A DNA stretch of 64,000 nucleotides from an uncultured SAR86 cluster bacterium (GTDB taxonomy: Bacteria; Pseudomonadota; Gammaproteobacteria; Magnimaribacterales; D2472), in assembly GCA_902613705.1 (NCBI GenBank), contig CACMIG010000001.1, positions 181,706-245,705 on the forward strand, read 5' to 3'. Made by a program: the position numbers and the translations under genes. Positions 48,238-59,200 of this stretch are shown here, one piece after another. Below the pieces are notes generated by a model that was not told where the DNA came from, ran no database searches, and worked only from the letters and a program-made list of their open reading frames with translations. Position 1 is the stretch's first letter, and every line of letters starts with the position of its first letter.

Positions 48238-48903
48238 CTAAATTATTGAAGGCTGTGGATTCACAAAATTCTTTCCTTTAGGATTAGACATAATCATTGT
48301 TATGAGTGTCTCATAATCTTTTTCATTAGATTCAAGGTTGATATCAGCTGCATTAATAATAAGCAAAGGAGCATCTTTATAGTCAAGAAAAAAACGAGAG
48401 TATGCATCATTTAATCTTTCAAGATAATCCAAAGTTAAGTATTGCTCATTTATATTACCTCTTTTAGTAATTCTCTCTTTTAAGATTTCAATTGGTGCCT
48501 GTAAATATATAACTAAGTCCGGAGTAGGGGCATCAAGCGTTATATGCTCGTAAACCTTGTCATAAAGATTCATTTCTTCATTTGATAGCGTTACCTCTGC
48601 AAACAACCTATCTTTTTCTATTAAAAAATCTGCTACACGTACATTTTCAAACAAACTCCTTTGTTTAAGATCTTGTATTTGTTGCATTCTTTGAAAAAGA
48701 AAAAAAAGTTGTGTGGCTAATGCTGATTGACTAGGGTTTCTGTAGAAGTTTTTAAGAAATGGATTTTCTGCAGGTTGTTCTAAAAATGCATCGTAATTAA
48801 ATGTTTCAGCAATTTTATTTGCGAGAGTGGTTTTGCCAACACCAATTGGTCCTTCAATAGCAATATATTTTGGTAAAGGTATTTCGTTTAAAGCCGGCTT
48901 CAT
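48238..48903 (-). CDS. deoxynucleoside kinase family protein
   Basis: P-loop [15 protein letters not shown] and a dNK-like [11 protein letters not shown] ... QLFFLFQR pattern. Confidence 0.75.
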   Translation of the reverse strand: MKPALNEIPLPKYIAIEGPIGVGKTTLANKIAETFNYDAFLEQPAENPFLKNFYRNPSQSALATQLFFLFQRMQQIQDLKQRSLFENVRVADFLIEKDRLFAEVTLSNEEMNLYDKVYEHITLDAPTPDLVIYLQAPIEILKERITKRGNINEQYLTLDYLERLNDAYSRFFLDYKDAPLLIINAADINLESNEKDYETLITMIMSNPKGKNFVNPQPSII

Positions 48904-48930
48904 TAAAATAATTATATTTTAATATATAGA

Positions 48931-50163
48931 TTATCTTAACTCTTGTGAGAAACCAAATGTTTTAAATGATTCTTGTTGGCTTTTTTCTTTAAGAGAACCT
49001 ATTAGAGATTTTTTTAGATTTTCGTCATTTTTTTGAAAATTTGTCCACCACTTGCCAAGACTCTTTGTTTCACCTGAAGATTTCTCTCTAATTAACATGA
49101 AATCATATGCAGCTCTAAATCTTGGGTGTTTAAGTGTTTTATATGGCTGTTTACCAATTCTGCTATGAAGTTTTAATTGTAAAACCCAAATATCCTTAAT
49201 ATAAGAATGAAATTTTCTTGGGATTGCTGTAATTCTTTGCTGGCTCCTTAAAATTGGATCCATCGATCTAAAAAATTTTCTAAGATTAATTTCCTTCTTT
49301 GTTGAACATTTTTCTATGAGTTGCGGCCAAAGAAGTGCTGCTAATAAAAATCCAGGAGTTACAGATTGATTATTTATCAATCTTTTATCAGTATTTCGCA
49401 AAGCTTCTGTTATTAACTTGCTTGTAAATTCATTTTGATCAGGTTCAGTTGTTATTAAAAATTTACTTAACCCAAATGAATTGAGTTTGTTGAAGTTTTT
49501 CTCAGCCATCCCATTAAGAAACATTTTGCAAAATTCATCAAATATTCTTGCATTAGATATGCTTGATAAAAGATGGCCTTTTTCATAGATAGCATCCTTA
49601 ATCTTTGTATCAATTTTAAATTTAAGTTTATTGCTAAATCTTATAGCTCTCAAACTTCTCACAGGATCTTCAGAAAATCTTTTTTTAGGATCTCCTATTG
49701 AGACAATACTTTTTTTGTGAATGTCACTCATGCCATCTTTATGGCCGATGATTTTCTTTGTTTTTGGACAATAGTAAAGAGCATTTACGGTAAAGTCTCT
49801 TCGATAAGTGTCTTGATCAAGATTGCCCCAAATGTTATCTCTTATAATTTTTCCAGATTGGTCTTTAACTAATTCACCATCATTACTGTTAATTTCACCA
49901 GATCTAAAGGTAGCTACTTCAATTAGCTCTGATCTGTTGAAGACATGAACTAATTTGAATCTTCTTCCAATAATTCTTGAGGCTTTAAATATTTTTCTAA
50001 CTTGTTCAGGAGTGGCATCTGTTGCTATATCAAAATCTTTTGGATCAAGACCGCACAAAAGATCTCTTACACAACCCCCAACTAGATATGCTTGGAATTT
50101 ATTTTTTTGAAGATCCTCAATAATTGAGATTGCAAATTTACTTATTTTTTTATTATTTATCAA
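48931..50163 (-). CDS. pcnB: poly(A) polymerase I
   Basis: AYLVGGCVRDLLCGLDPKDFDIATDATPEQVRKIF and RIIGRRFKLVHV align closely with E. coli PcnB. There is no in-frame ATG near the 5-prime end, so TTG at 50163 is the only plausible start. Confidence 0.85.
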   Translation of the reverse strand: MINNKKISKFAISIIEDLQKNKFQAYLVGGCVRDLLCGLDPKDFDIATDATPEQVRKIFKASRIIGRRFKLVHVFNRSELIEVATFRSGEINSNDGELVKDQSGKIIRDNIWGNLDQDTYRRDFTVNALYYCPKTKKIIGHKDGMSDIHKKSIVSIGDPKKRFSEDPVRSLRAIRFSNKLKFKIDTKIKDAIYEKGHLLSSISNARIFDEFCKMFLNGMAEKNFNKLNSFGLSKFLITTEPDQNEFTSKLITEALRNTDKRLINNQSVTPGFLLAALLWPQLIEKCSTKKEINLRKFFRSMDPILRSQQRITAIPRKFHSYIKDIWVLQLKLHSRIGKQPYKTLKHPRFRAAYDFMLIREKSSGETKSLGKWWTNFQKNDENLKKSLIGSLKEKSQQESFKTFGFSQELR

Positions 50164-50190
50164 AGTAGATTTTTGATAATAGCTTGAAAA

Positions 50191-50760
50191 TTATCCGCTA
50201 AGCTGTTTCTCTTTAATTTCATCTAAAGTCTTGCAATGGATACAGTGTGTAGCAGTTGGCCTGGCTTCTAACCTTTTAATGCCAATCTCATCGCCACAAG
50301 ATTCACACCATCCGTAATCGTCTTGTTTAATTTTTTCTATAGATAGAGCAATCTTATTAGTTAATTTTCTTTCTCTATCTCTTGTTCTAAGTTCAAATGC
50401 AAATTCTTCTTCTTGAGATGCTCTATCCACTGGATCGGCATAGGTTTCACCTTTAGTCTTAAGATGATCAAAAGTTTTTTGCATTTCTTCTTTGAGATGC
50501 TCTTTCCAAAGAAGTAAAACAGCAATGAAGTGTCTTTTCATTGCAGCGCTCATGTATTTTTCATTTTTCTTTGCTTTATAAGGCGCAATTTTAGATTTAT
50601 TGTTGGCAACAGTTCCTGTAATTTTAGTCTTTGCTACTTTTGACTGAGTTGTTTTTTTTATTCTTGAAATTTTTTTTGGTGCTGATTTTTTTGCACTAGG
50701 CTTAGCAGCTACTTTCTTTGCAGGCTTCTTCTTAGATTTAGTTACTTTTTTTACTGGCAT
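50191..50760 (-). CDS. dksA: RNA polymerase-binding transcription factor DksA with a Lys-rich N-terminal extension
   Basis: DPVDRASQEEEFAFELRTRDRERKL is the DxxDxA coiled-coil tip. The Zn finger is CESCGDEIGIKRLEARPTATHCIHC. About 38 extra N-terminal residues are rich in K/A/P. Confidence 0.88.
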   Translation of the reverse strand: MPVKKVTKSKKKPAKKVAAKPSAKKSAPKKISRIKKTTQSKVAKTKITGTVANNKSKIAPYKAKKNEKYMSAAMKRHFIAVLLLWKEHLKEEMQKTFDHLKTKGETYADPVDRASQEEEFAFELRTRDRERKLTNKIALSIEKIKQDDYGWCESCGDEIGIKRLEARPTATHCIHCKTLDEIKEKQLSG

Positions 50761-50814
50761 AGATTTATGAAAAAATTTTAGGGTGGAGAAAATATCAGAT
50801 ACAAGCTAAATATG

Positions 50815-51816
50815 CTAGCTTTTTTTCAATTTATTTAAAACTTCTTTGTATCCTTCAGGGGTGAGCCTGGGCCCAAATGTCTCAACTATCTTTGATGAAG
50901 CAAAGTTAGAGAACTCTGCACATTCAGATAAATCAAGGCCATTCAAATAAGCATGCATAAAAGAACCAGCATACATATCACCTGCACCATTCGTATCTAC
51001 AGGTGTAATTGGCATAGCAGGAGAGAATATTTCTTGACCATTATTTATGACAACACTTCCTTCTGCTCCTTTTGTAATAGCAATCATATATGACTGTTCT
51101 CTAAAAAATTTTATAGCATCATCTAAATTTTCTGTGCCAGCAAACGCAGTTGCTTCATCATCATTACAAAATATCATATCAATCCCATAAGATTCTATTT
51201 CAGCAAATTTATCTCTAAATCCTAAAACGATACCCGCATCCGATAAGGATAGTGCTTTTTTAGTGTTTTCATTTTTTACATGATTTAGAACAGAAGTGAC
51301 AGCACTAAAATTTTCATCGCTAGTTACCATATAACCTTCTATGTAAAAAATTTTTGAATTATTTATCGCATCATAATTAATATCTTTTGAACCAAGGTAA
51401 GCACTGATACCCAACATGCTACTCATAGTTCTTTTTGCATCAGGAGTAACAAATATTAAACATTTTCCAGTAGGCATCTCAGAATCTTCTTTGCTGTAAC
51501 CAATATGCTGAACTCCAGCTTTTTGAAGACTTTCAAGATATTTTTTTCCGTCCTCATCATTTGCAACTCTACAAACATGATGACATTTAGAACCATAATA
51601 TGATGCTGCTACCAATGAATTTGTTGCTGAACCACCACAATCTGATACTGACTCGACCCCCATGGACTGAAGTTTATCAATTATTGGACTATGTTCTTCA
51701 GCAGAAGCTAAAGTCATTGAATCAGCCTCAAGACCTATTTCATCTAAAAAATCATGATCGACCATATATTGAGTATCTACAAGAGCATTTCCAAGAGCAC
51801 TGATATCATATTTCAT
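50815..51816 (-). CDS. PfkB-family carbohydrate/nucleoside kinase, adenosine-kinase-like
   Basis: GNALVD near the N-terminus and the ATP/anion-hole motif DTNGAGDMYAGSF. Substrate is inferred only by resemblance to adenosine kinases. Confidence 0.65.
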   Translation of the reverse strand: MKYDISALGNALVDTQYMVDHDFLDEIGLEADSMTLASAEEHSPIIDKLQSMGVESVSDCGGSATNSLVAASYYGSKCHHVCRVANDEDGKKYLESLQKAGVQHIGYSKEDSEMPTGKCLIFVTPDAKRTMSSMLGISAYLGSKDINYDAINNSKIFYIEGYMVTSDENFSAVTSVLNHVKNENTKKALSLSDAGIVLGFRDKFAEIESYGIDMIFCNDDEATAFAGTENLDDAIKFFREQSYMIAITKGAEGSVVINNGQEIFSPAMPITPVDTNGAGDMYAGSFMHAYLNGLDLSECAEFSNFASSKIVETFGPRLTPEGYKEVLNKLKKS

Positions 51817-51817
51817 T

Positions 51818-53107
51818 CTATATTCCTTCTTTTAAAATCTTTTCTACAATTTTTATTGTATTACTTATTTCAGTTTTAGTATGTTTTGTTGAAATAAAAC
51901 CAGCTTCAAACTTTGATGGAGCAAAGTAAATTCCATTATCTATACATTTATTTAGAAACTTCTTAAATTGTTTGTCATTAGTATTTTCTACATCCACAAG
52001 ATTGTTTGGTAATTCTTCTGAAAAAAAGAACCCAAACATACCGCCAATCTGATTTGTAGAGAATGGGATATCATATCTATCAAAAATTTCTTTCATACCC
52101 TCTAAGAGATTTTTAGCTTTACTTTCAAGATCTTTATATGGATTCTTATCTATTAAAAGTTTAATTAAAGTTGATCCTGCTGCCATTGCTAAGGGATTTC
52201 CGGAAAGAGTGCCTGCCTGATAAACCGGTCCATTAGGTGCAAGACAATCCATAACTTTCTTTTTTCCACCAAAAGCTCCCACTGGAAGTCCTCCTCCAAT
52301 TACTTTTCCTAGCGTAGTTAAGTCAGGTTTAATTCCATATAATTCTTGAGCTCCACCTAGAGACACTCTAAAACCTGTCATAACTTCATCAAAAATCAAC
52401 AAAGAATTATTTTCAGAGGTTTTTTTTCTTAATAACTTTAAAAATGATTTATCGCCAGGAACAAATCCCATATTTCCAGCAATTGGTTCAACAATCACTG
52501 CAGCAAGATCATTTTTTACTTTATTAAAGATTTTTAAGAAACTATCTTTGTTATTAAATTCACAGCTTAAAGTTTTCTTTGCTAATTCATTTGGAATACC
52601 AGGAGAATCAGGCAAGCCAAATGTACTGACACCTGATCCAGCTTTGATTAAAAGCGAATCTACATGACCATGGTAACAACCATCAAATTTAATAATTTTA
52701 GTTTTATTAGTATATCCCCTAGCAAGTCTAACAGCACTCATAGTTGCTTCAGTACCTGAATTAACCATTCGAATCTTTTGGATAGAAGGGAAGCATTTCT
52801 TAATTAACTTTGCTGTATCAGATTCAATGCTCGTTGGAGCCCCATAACTGGTTCCAAGCTCTAACTGTCTAGAAACGGCTTTAATAATCTTTGGATTAGA
52901 ATGCCCTAAAATCATAGGGCCCCAAGAGCCAATATAGTCAATATATTTATTATTATCTGCGTCTATTAGATATGGCCCTTTAGCTTTTTTAAAAAAAATA
53001 GGATTTCCATTTATATTTTTAAAGGCTCTTACAGGTGAATTTACGCCACCAGGCATATGAAGCTTTGCTTCTTTATAAAGCTCAATGGATTTATTTATTT
53101 TATTCAT
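51818..53107 (-). CDS. hemL: glutamate-1-semialdehyde 2,1-aminomutase
   Basis: MPGGVNSPVRAF, SGTEATMSAVRLARG, DEVMTGFR and the PLP-lysine context LGKVIGGGLPVGA. Confidence 0.95.
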   Translation of the reverse strand: MNKINKSIELYKEAKLHMPGGVNSPVRAFKNINGNPIFFKKAKGPYLIDADNNKYIDYIGSWGPMILGHSNPKIIKAVSRQLELGTSYGAPTSIESDTAKLIKKCFPSIQKIRMVNSGTEATMSAVRLARGYTNKTKIIKFDGCYHGHVDSLLIKAGSGVSTFGLPDSPGIPNELAKKTLSCEFNNKDSFLKIFNKVKNDLAAVIVEPIAGNMGFVPGDKSFLKLLRKKTSENNSLLIFDEVMTGFRVSLGGAQELYGIKPDLTTLGKVIGGGLPVGAFGGKKKVMDCLAPNGPVYQAGTLSGNPLAMAAGSTLIKLLIDKNPYKDLESKAKNLLEGMKEIFDRYDIPFSTNQIGGMFGFFFSEELPNNLVDVENTNDKQFKKFLNKCIDNGIYFAPSKFEAGFISTKHTKTEISNTIKIVEKILKEGI

Positions 53108-53616
53108 AAATTTAAATCTTTTGTAAACTCTTCAACCTTTTTCCAATCGGTGAATTCAAAGGTTTTAGATGTATCTGTTGGACCATTGGTGATCCACATA
53201 ATAAATTTTATTGCATATTTATCAAAAAATTTATAACTAGGGTAATCTATTTTTCCTGCAAATACCCCAATTTTTTTTGGAACCCAATCTATCTTATCTA
53301 AAAATTTAATTACATACGGATTTGTCTCAGGAGAATTTTTTTCTTTCTTTCTCGCAACAACATTTACTGAAAAAAATGCATTTTCTTTAAGCTCTAATTT
53401 CTCAATATTTTTATTAATAAATTGAAAAACATCTTTTCTATAATTTCCATACCTAATACTTGCGCCAATTACTACTTTTTCGTAGGCATCTATACTACCT
53501 ACTTTATTTATCGGAAGAATATCAATAAAAGAATTATTTGATAATTCTGAAATTTTTTCACAAATCTCTTTAGTTTGACCATCAACGGTCGAATAGGTAA
53601 TTAGGGATTTTTTCAT
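53104..53616 (-). CDS. hemG: protoporphyrinogen IX dehydrogenase, flavodoxin-like HemG
   Basis: LITYSTVDGQTKEI, VVIGASIRYGNY, FFSVNVVARK and KYAIKFIMW align along the whole length with E. coli HemG. A 4-nt overlap joins it to hemL. Confidence 0.82.
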   Translation of the reverse strand: MKKSLITYSTVDGQTKEICEKISELSNNSFIDILPINKVGSIDAYEKVVIGASIRYGNYRKDVFQFINKNIEKLELKENAFFSVNVVARKKEKNSPETNPYVIKFLDKIDWVPKKIGVFAGKIDYPSYKFFDKYAIKFIMWITNGPTDTSKTFEFTDWKKVEEFTKDLNL

Positions 53617-53701
53617 TAATTAAATTATATTGAATACCTTGAAAAAAAAGCATTTAAGCATAATTATATTTTATACTGTTATTCAATTTTAATTAATTGT
53701 T

Positions 53702-54046
53702 ATGGAAAAAACTGAAAATAAATCTTTATCTCTTACTGATAGTGCTTTAGCTAGAATAAATAATGTAATGAGCACTAATGAAGATCTGGGAACAAGATTC
53801 AGGGTATATGTCACTGGTGGGGGTTGCTCAGGATTTCAATACGGTTTTAAATTTGATTCTGATGTAGCTTTTGATGATGATATAATTGAATTTGATAATT
53901 TCTCAGTTTTACTAGATTCAATGTCATATCCATATCTGATTGGTTCAACACTAGACTTTGTAGAAGACTTATCTGGCTCTAAATTTGTAATTAATAATCC
54001 AAACGCAAAAACGACATGTGGATGCGGTGAGTCATTTACTATTTAG
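53702..54046 (+). CDS. erpA: A-type iron-sulfur cluster insertion protein ErpA
   Basis: RVYVTGGGCSGFQYGF and C-terminal CGCGESF. It is close to hemL as in E. coli. Confidence 0.85.
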   Translation: MEKTENKSLSLTDSALARINNVMSTNEDLGTRFRVYVTGGGCSGFQYGFKFDSDVAFDDDIIEFDNFSVLLDSMSYPYLIGSTLDFVEDLSGSKFVINNPNAKTTCGCGESFTI

Positions 54047-55058
54047 CCAAAAACACCTCACCTTTATTTAGACAAGCAAGATAAGCAAAACCAGCAGCTT
54101 CAACAAACCTTGATGGTATTTTGTCTTCGGTGGTCTTTAAAGTTCCAGAAATTTTACTTTTAATCAAATTCATCAGAAATAAATTCTTTGTTCCGCCACC
54201 ATGAATAATTACTTCATCAGGCTCTTTACAAAATTCATAAAATTCCACGATTTTTTCTGCTGTAAATTCAGTCAAAGTTTTAAGAACTGAGTTTGATTGT
54301 ATTTCATAAAAGGAATCGTTTATTAATTCGTAATAACTTTGCTTATCATCAGCTCTTGGGTATTGCATGTCATTGCAAGAGCTTCTCAAATCATTTAACA
54401 ATTCCTGATTGATTTCACCTTTTGAGGCCTCATCGCCTTTATCATCAAAGGGCTTATTAAATCTTTCAGCCATAACGAAATCAATCAAACAATTTCCGGG
54501 CCCAACATCAGAAGCTAATACAATTTCACCGTCATTTAAGAATGTACCATTTGCAATTCCACCAATATTGAAAATGATTTTACTTTTGTTATTTTCAGAA
54601 AAGAGATAATTGTGAAATGCTGGTATTAAAGGGGCACCAATACCTCCATGCTTTATATCAAAGTTCCTAAAATCTGAACAAACATTAATTGTAGTTTCTT
54701 TTGCTATAAACAAAGGATCGCCGATTTGATAGCTCCTTTCATTGGTATGAAAAACTGTTTGTCCTGAAAATCCTATTAAAGAGATTTTAGAAACATCTAT
54801 ATTTGATTTATCAATTAAAGTTTTTATAAGTTTTACAGTTTGTCTGTTAAGAGTTTGTTCTATTTCAGCAAGCACATTTGATTCGCTTGATGTTTTATAT
54901 CCTGCCTTTATGCATGCTTCATAGTTTTTTTTGTAATCGCCGTCAAGTGAAATCGATGCTGACTCGACAAATTTAAAACCTTCATCAAAAGAGACAATGC
55001 ATCCATCAAGTGCGTCAGCACTTGTTCCTGTCATGATACCAATAAAATAATTATTCAT
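54039..55058 (-). CDS. anmK: anhydro-N-acetylmuramic acid kinase
   Basis: FIGIMTGTSADALDG aligns with E. coli FIGVMSGTSLDGVD. It also has NIGGIAN and DVGPGN. ATG 55058 forms an ATGAATAA overlap with the upstream gene's stop. Confidence 0.85.
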   Translation of the reverse strand: MNNYFIGIMTGTSADALDGCIVSFDEGFKFVESASISLDGDYKKNYEACIKAGYKTSSESNVLAEIEQTLNRQTVKLIKTLIDKSNIDVSKISLIGFSGQTVFHTNERSYQIGDPLFIAKETTINVCSDFRNFDIKHGGIGAPLIPAFHNYLFSENNKSKIIFNIGGIANGTFLNDGEIVLASDVGPGNCLIDFVMAERFNKPFDDKGDEASKGEINQELLNDLRSSCNDMQYPRADDKQSYYELINDSFYEIQSNSVLKTLTEFTAEKIVEFYEFCKEPDEVIIHGGGTKNLFLMNLIKSKISGTLKTTEDKIPSRFVEAAGFAYLACLNKGEVFLAK

Positions 55059-56295
55059 ACTTTGTAAGATTATACTCATATAGTTTGTTTAAATTTAATG
55101 CTAATAAATCTTCAAATTCATTTCTTTGTGCATTATTTATTGGCTTTGCAGAGGGTAGTTTTACTTTAACTGGATCTGATCTTATTTCTCCTTGCCAAAA
55201 CTCAAAGTGAAGGTGAGGTCCAGTAGCTTGACCAGAATCACCAACAAAGGCAATTATTTCTCCTTGTTTTACTTTACTTCCAACTTTTAATTTTGTGTTA
55301 AATCTTTCAAGATGAGCATAAAGAGTTTTAATATTTCCACCATGTTTTATCTCAACAGTTCTTCCATATCCGCTTTGTCTTCCCATGAAAGAGATTACGC
55401 CATCTCCAGATGCTTTTACCGGAGTATTTCTTTTAGCAGCATAGTCGACACCGTTATGTGCTTTTATTTTATGCAGAATTGGATGCATCCTATTAGGATT
55501 AAAATGAGAGCTGATATAAGCAAAATCTAGAGGAGCTCTAAGAAAAGCTTTCTTAACGTTTTCTCCATTTTCGTTAAAATACTGCTTACCCTGAACACTG
55601 TCAAAAAACCTTTGAGCAATGTACTTTTTTTCTCTATTTGTAAACTCTGCAAAAACAATATCTCCATTTGAAATTTTTTCACCCTCAGAAAATTCAGTTT
55701 CATAGATCACTGAAAATTTGTCACCCTTTCTCACATCAAAGATAAAGTCTATGTCCCATCCAAAGATATACGCAAAATCCATAATTATGCTATCAGGAAT
55801 ACCTACATCTTTTGCGCTTTTATAGAATGAGTCTCTTATCTCACCAAATCCAAAAGATGTAATAGTTTGTGCTTCTTTTTTAATATTCACAATCGATATC
55901 TCATCTTCAGTTTTAATAAGTATTGAGTTAACGTCATCCTTAATTATTTCTATACTCAGCAAATCATTACCCATGTAATTAAATTCCATAATGTCGCCTG
56001 GAATAATGCTTGATAACAGATAATTTTTGTCAAAATCAAAAATTTTGTAGGCTGTATTTAATGGGACTTGTTTGTCTTCAAATATTACAGATAGGCTATC
56101 TCCTTTTCTTACTGTATGAATTTGCTTACTCTTGATAGGTGTTAAACTCTCACTTAGATCTCTTGAAATTGTAATTTCTTCAATAGCTAATGGTTCATTA
56201 TTAAGGGAATCAACATAAATAAGGATTATTGAGACAACAGATATTAAAAATGCTATCAATACAAGCCTGATTGGAGTTTTTTTAAATCCAATCAT
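55051..56295 (-). CDS. M23-family murein endopeptidase (MepM/YebA-like) with N-terminal TM anchor
   Basis: HNGVDYAA, GDGVI and GPHLHFEF are LytM-type metal ligands. An upstream OapA/LysM-like segment reads HTVRKGDSLSVIF. Confidence 0.8.
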   Translation of the reverse strand: MIGFKKTPIRLVLIAFLISVVSIILIYVDSLNNEPLAIEEITISRDLSESLTPIKSKQIHTVRKGDSLSVIFEDKQVPLNTAYKIFDFDKNYLLSSIIPGDIMEFNYMGNDLLSIEIIKDDVNSILIKTEDEISIVNIKKEAQTITSFGFGEIRDSFYKSAKDVGIPDSIIMDFAYIFGWDIDFIFDVRKGDKFSVIYETEFSEGEKISNGDIVFAEFTNREKKYIAQRFFDSVQGKQYFNENGENVKKAFLRAPLDFAYISSHFNPNRMHPILHKIKAHNGVDYAAKRNTPVKASGDGVISFMGRQSGYGRTVEIKHGGNIKTLYAHLERFNTKLKVGSKVKQGEIIAFVGDSGQATGPHLHFEFWQGEIRSDPVKVKLPSAKPINNAQRNEFEDLLALNLNKLYEYNLTKYE

Positions 56296-59200
56296 AGGTC
56301 TTCTTGAAGATTTAGTAATTCAGTATTCCCACCAAAAGCAACAGAATTTTTTGATACCACTTTTTCGTTAAGGAATTGTAAAAGATAGTTTGGCCCACCT
56401 GCTTTAAAACCACTCCCAGATAATCCAACTCCCCCAAAAGGTTGAGAGCCTACAACTGCACCAACCATATCCCTATTTATGTATATATTGCCAACGTTAG
56501 ACATTGAGCCAAAATAATCTGCTCTTGATTCTATCCTGGTATGAATCCCCATCGTTAGTCCATAACCACTATCATTTATTTCAGCTATTAATTGATCAAT
56601 CTCATTAGATTTATATTTAAGAATATGAAGAATTGGCCCAAATTGCTCATCTTCTATATCAGAAATGCGATTAATATTAACTATAGTTGGATTGATATGT
56701 GTTTTTGATTCTTTGCCTTCAAACTGAAATACCTCCATTCCTTTTTGTTTACATTTTGATATGTAATTATTTAAATTTTCTAACGCTTTACTATTAATTA
56801 TCGGCCCTATATCTATGTCAAAATCATTTGGATCACCTACAGTTTGAGTTGAAATGTTACCTTTAATCATAGTAACTAGATCATCATAAATTTCTTCCTG
56901 TATACAAAGTACTCTTAATGCTGAGCACCTTTGTCCAGCGCTATCAAATGCAGACCTTATAACATCATCAGTTACTTGTTCTAATAAAGCACTTGAATCA
57001 ACAATCATTGCATTAATTCCACCTGTTTCAGCGATTAATGGAACTATCTGTTTTTGACTTTCTAAAAGATTAGCTTGAATACTTTTTGCAGTTTTTAATG
57101 AGCCTGTAAAAGCTACTCCATGAAGTGGACAAATTTTTGTCAATGTTTCACCATAACTTCCATCACCAAGTATTAATTCCAAAGCATCTTTTGGTATACC
57201 AAGCTCATGAAATTTTTTTACAACTAGATATCCAAGTATTGAGGTATGCTCAGATGGTTTTGCAATGACTTTGTTTCCGCATGCAAGAGCAGCAGAGATT
57301 TGACCTATAAGAATTGCAACAGGAAAGTTCCATGGACTTATACATAAGAATCTTCCTTTTGGTGTATATGTAATTAAATTTTCTTCACCAGTTGGTCCTT
57401 CAAGATGGCTAGTATCTGATATTTTAAGAATTTGATTTGAGTAATACCTCAAAAAGTCTACAGCTTCTCTAATTTCATCGATTGCATTTTGAATAGTTTT
57501 GCCAGCTTCATTAATAAGAAAATATATTAACTCATAGGGCTCTTCTTCTATATTGTCAGCAATTTTTTTTAGAATTTTTGACCTTTCATTGGGATTTGTG
57601 TTTGACCAAGTTGTTTTTAAACTTTTGGCAAGTGATTGTTTAATGTTTTTAGGATTATCAAAAACCACTGTTCCAATCTCTTTTTTAGATGAAATTGAGA
57701 ATATTTTTTCAACATTTTTATTGTCTTCTTCTCTTCCTTTGTAAATTGATTTGGCATCAATTAATTTATCATCAAAATCGATGAGTCTATTCTTTAGATT
57801 TTCTAAGTTCTTACTCTCTGATATGTCCATACCAGATGAATTTTGTCTATTAATAAATATTTGATTTGGTAATGGAATTTCTTTTTTTTCACTTTCAACT
57901 CTGATATATGGATTTTCGGCTAACCATTGAGAATTAGTATCAGGATCTAGCAGCCTGTTTATGAATGAGCTATTTGCACCATTCTCAAGCAATCTTCTTA
58001 CTAAATAGGGTAATAAATCTTTATAGCTTCCAATCGGAGCATAAACGGAGGGATTATTTTTAATTCCCAGAACTTCAGATGCACTTTTATACAAAAGTTC
58101 ACCCATTCCATATAATCTTTGAAATTCATAATTACAATCTTTTCCAATATGATGAATTGAAGAGATCGTATGTGCATTATGCGTGGCAAATTTTGGAAAT
58201 ATTTTTTTATTTTTGAATATTTTTTTTGCACAAGCAAGATATGCAATGTCGGTAAGTGATTTTTTTGAGAAGACTGGATATCCTTCGTAGCCTGAGACCT
58301 GAGCATGTTTAATTTCATAGTCCCAGTATGCTCCTTTAACTAATCTGAGATGCATACCATCTCTTTTATCTAAAATTCCATTTAACCAATGAATGACATC
58401 AAATGATCTTTTTCCATACGCCTGAAGTGCAATTCCAAACCCTGGCCAGTCTCTAATGTTTTTTTCATATGCAAGTTTTTCAATAATATGCAGACTTAAA
58501 GCAAGCCTATCCTGTTCTTCTGCATCAATCGTTATTTCAACATCTTTTGATTGAGCATAATTAACTAGTTCTTTTAATTTTGGTAATAATTCAGATTCTA
58601 TTTGATTAATTTTTTTCATTTCATATCTTGGATGAAGTGCTGAGATTTTTATTGATACTCCATTAGACAAATTTCTTGCAGTATTAATTTTTCCAACTTC
58701 ATCTATAGCGCTTCTATATGATTCAAAATAATCATCTGCCTGTTGCGGAGTTCTTGCTGCTTCACCAAGCATATCAAAAGAAAATACTTCCTTTTCTAAG
58801 CCAGGCATTTTATCAATCTCTTTAAAATTTCTTCCAATTACAAATTCTTGGCTAAGAATTTGCATGGCGGCAAGTACAGCATTTCTTATAGGCATCTCAC
58901 CAGATTTTGATACAAGTTCTGATAAAAAAGTATTTGGATTTTCTGACCACTTTGAGGGAGTTTTTACAATTTTTCCAGCAAGCAGCAATCCCCATGTGGA
59001 TGCGTTTACAAAGATGCTATCAGCTTGATTTAAATGATCTATCCATTTTCCTTCAGATAATTTTTCAGAAATAATTAGATCTCTTGTTTTTTTGTCAGGA
59101 ATTCTTAATACAGATTCAGCAAGACACATTAAAGCAACACCTTCTTTGTTATCCAGGCCATACTCATTTAAAAATGCATCAAGCTTAGTCCTATCTACAT

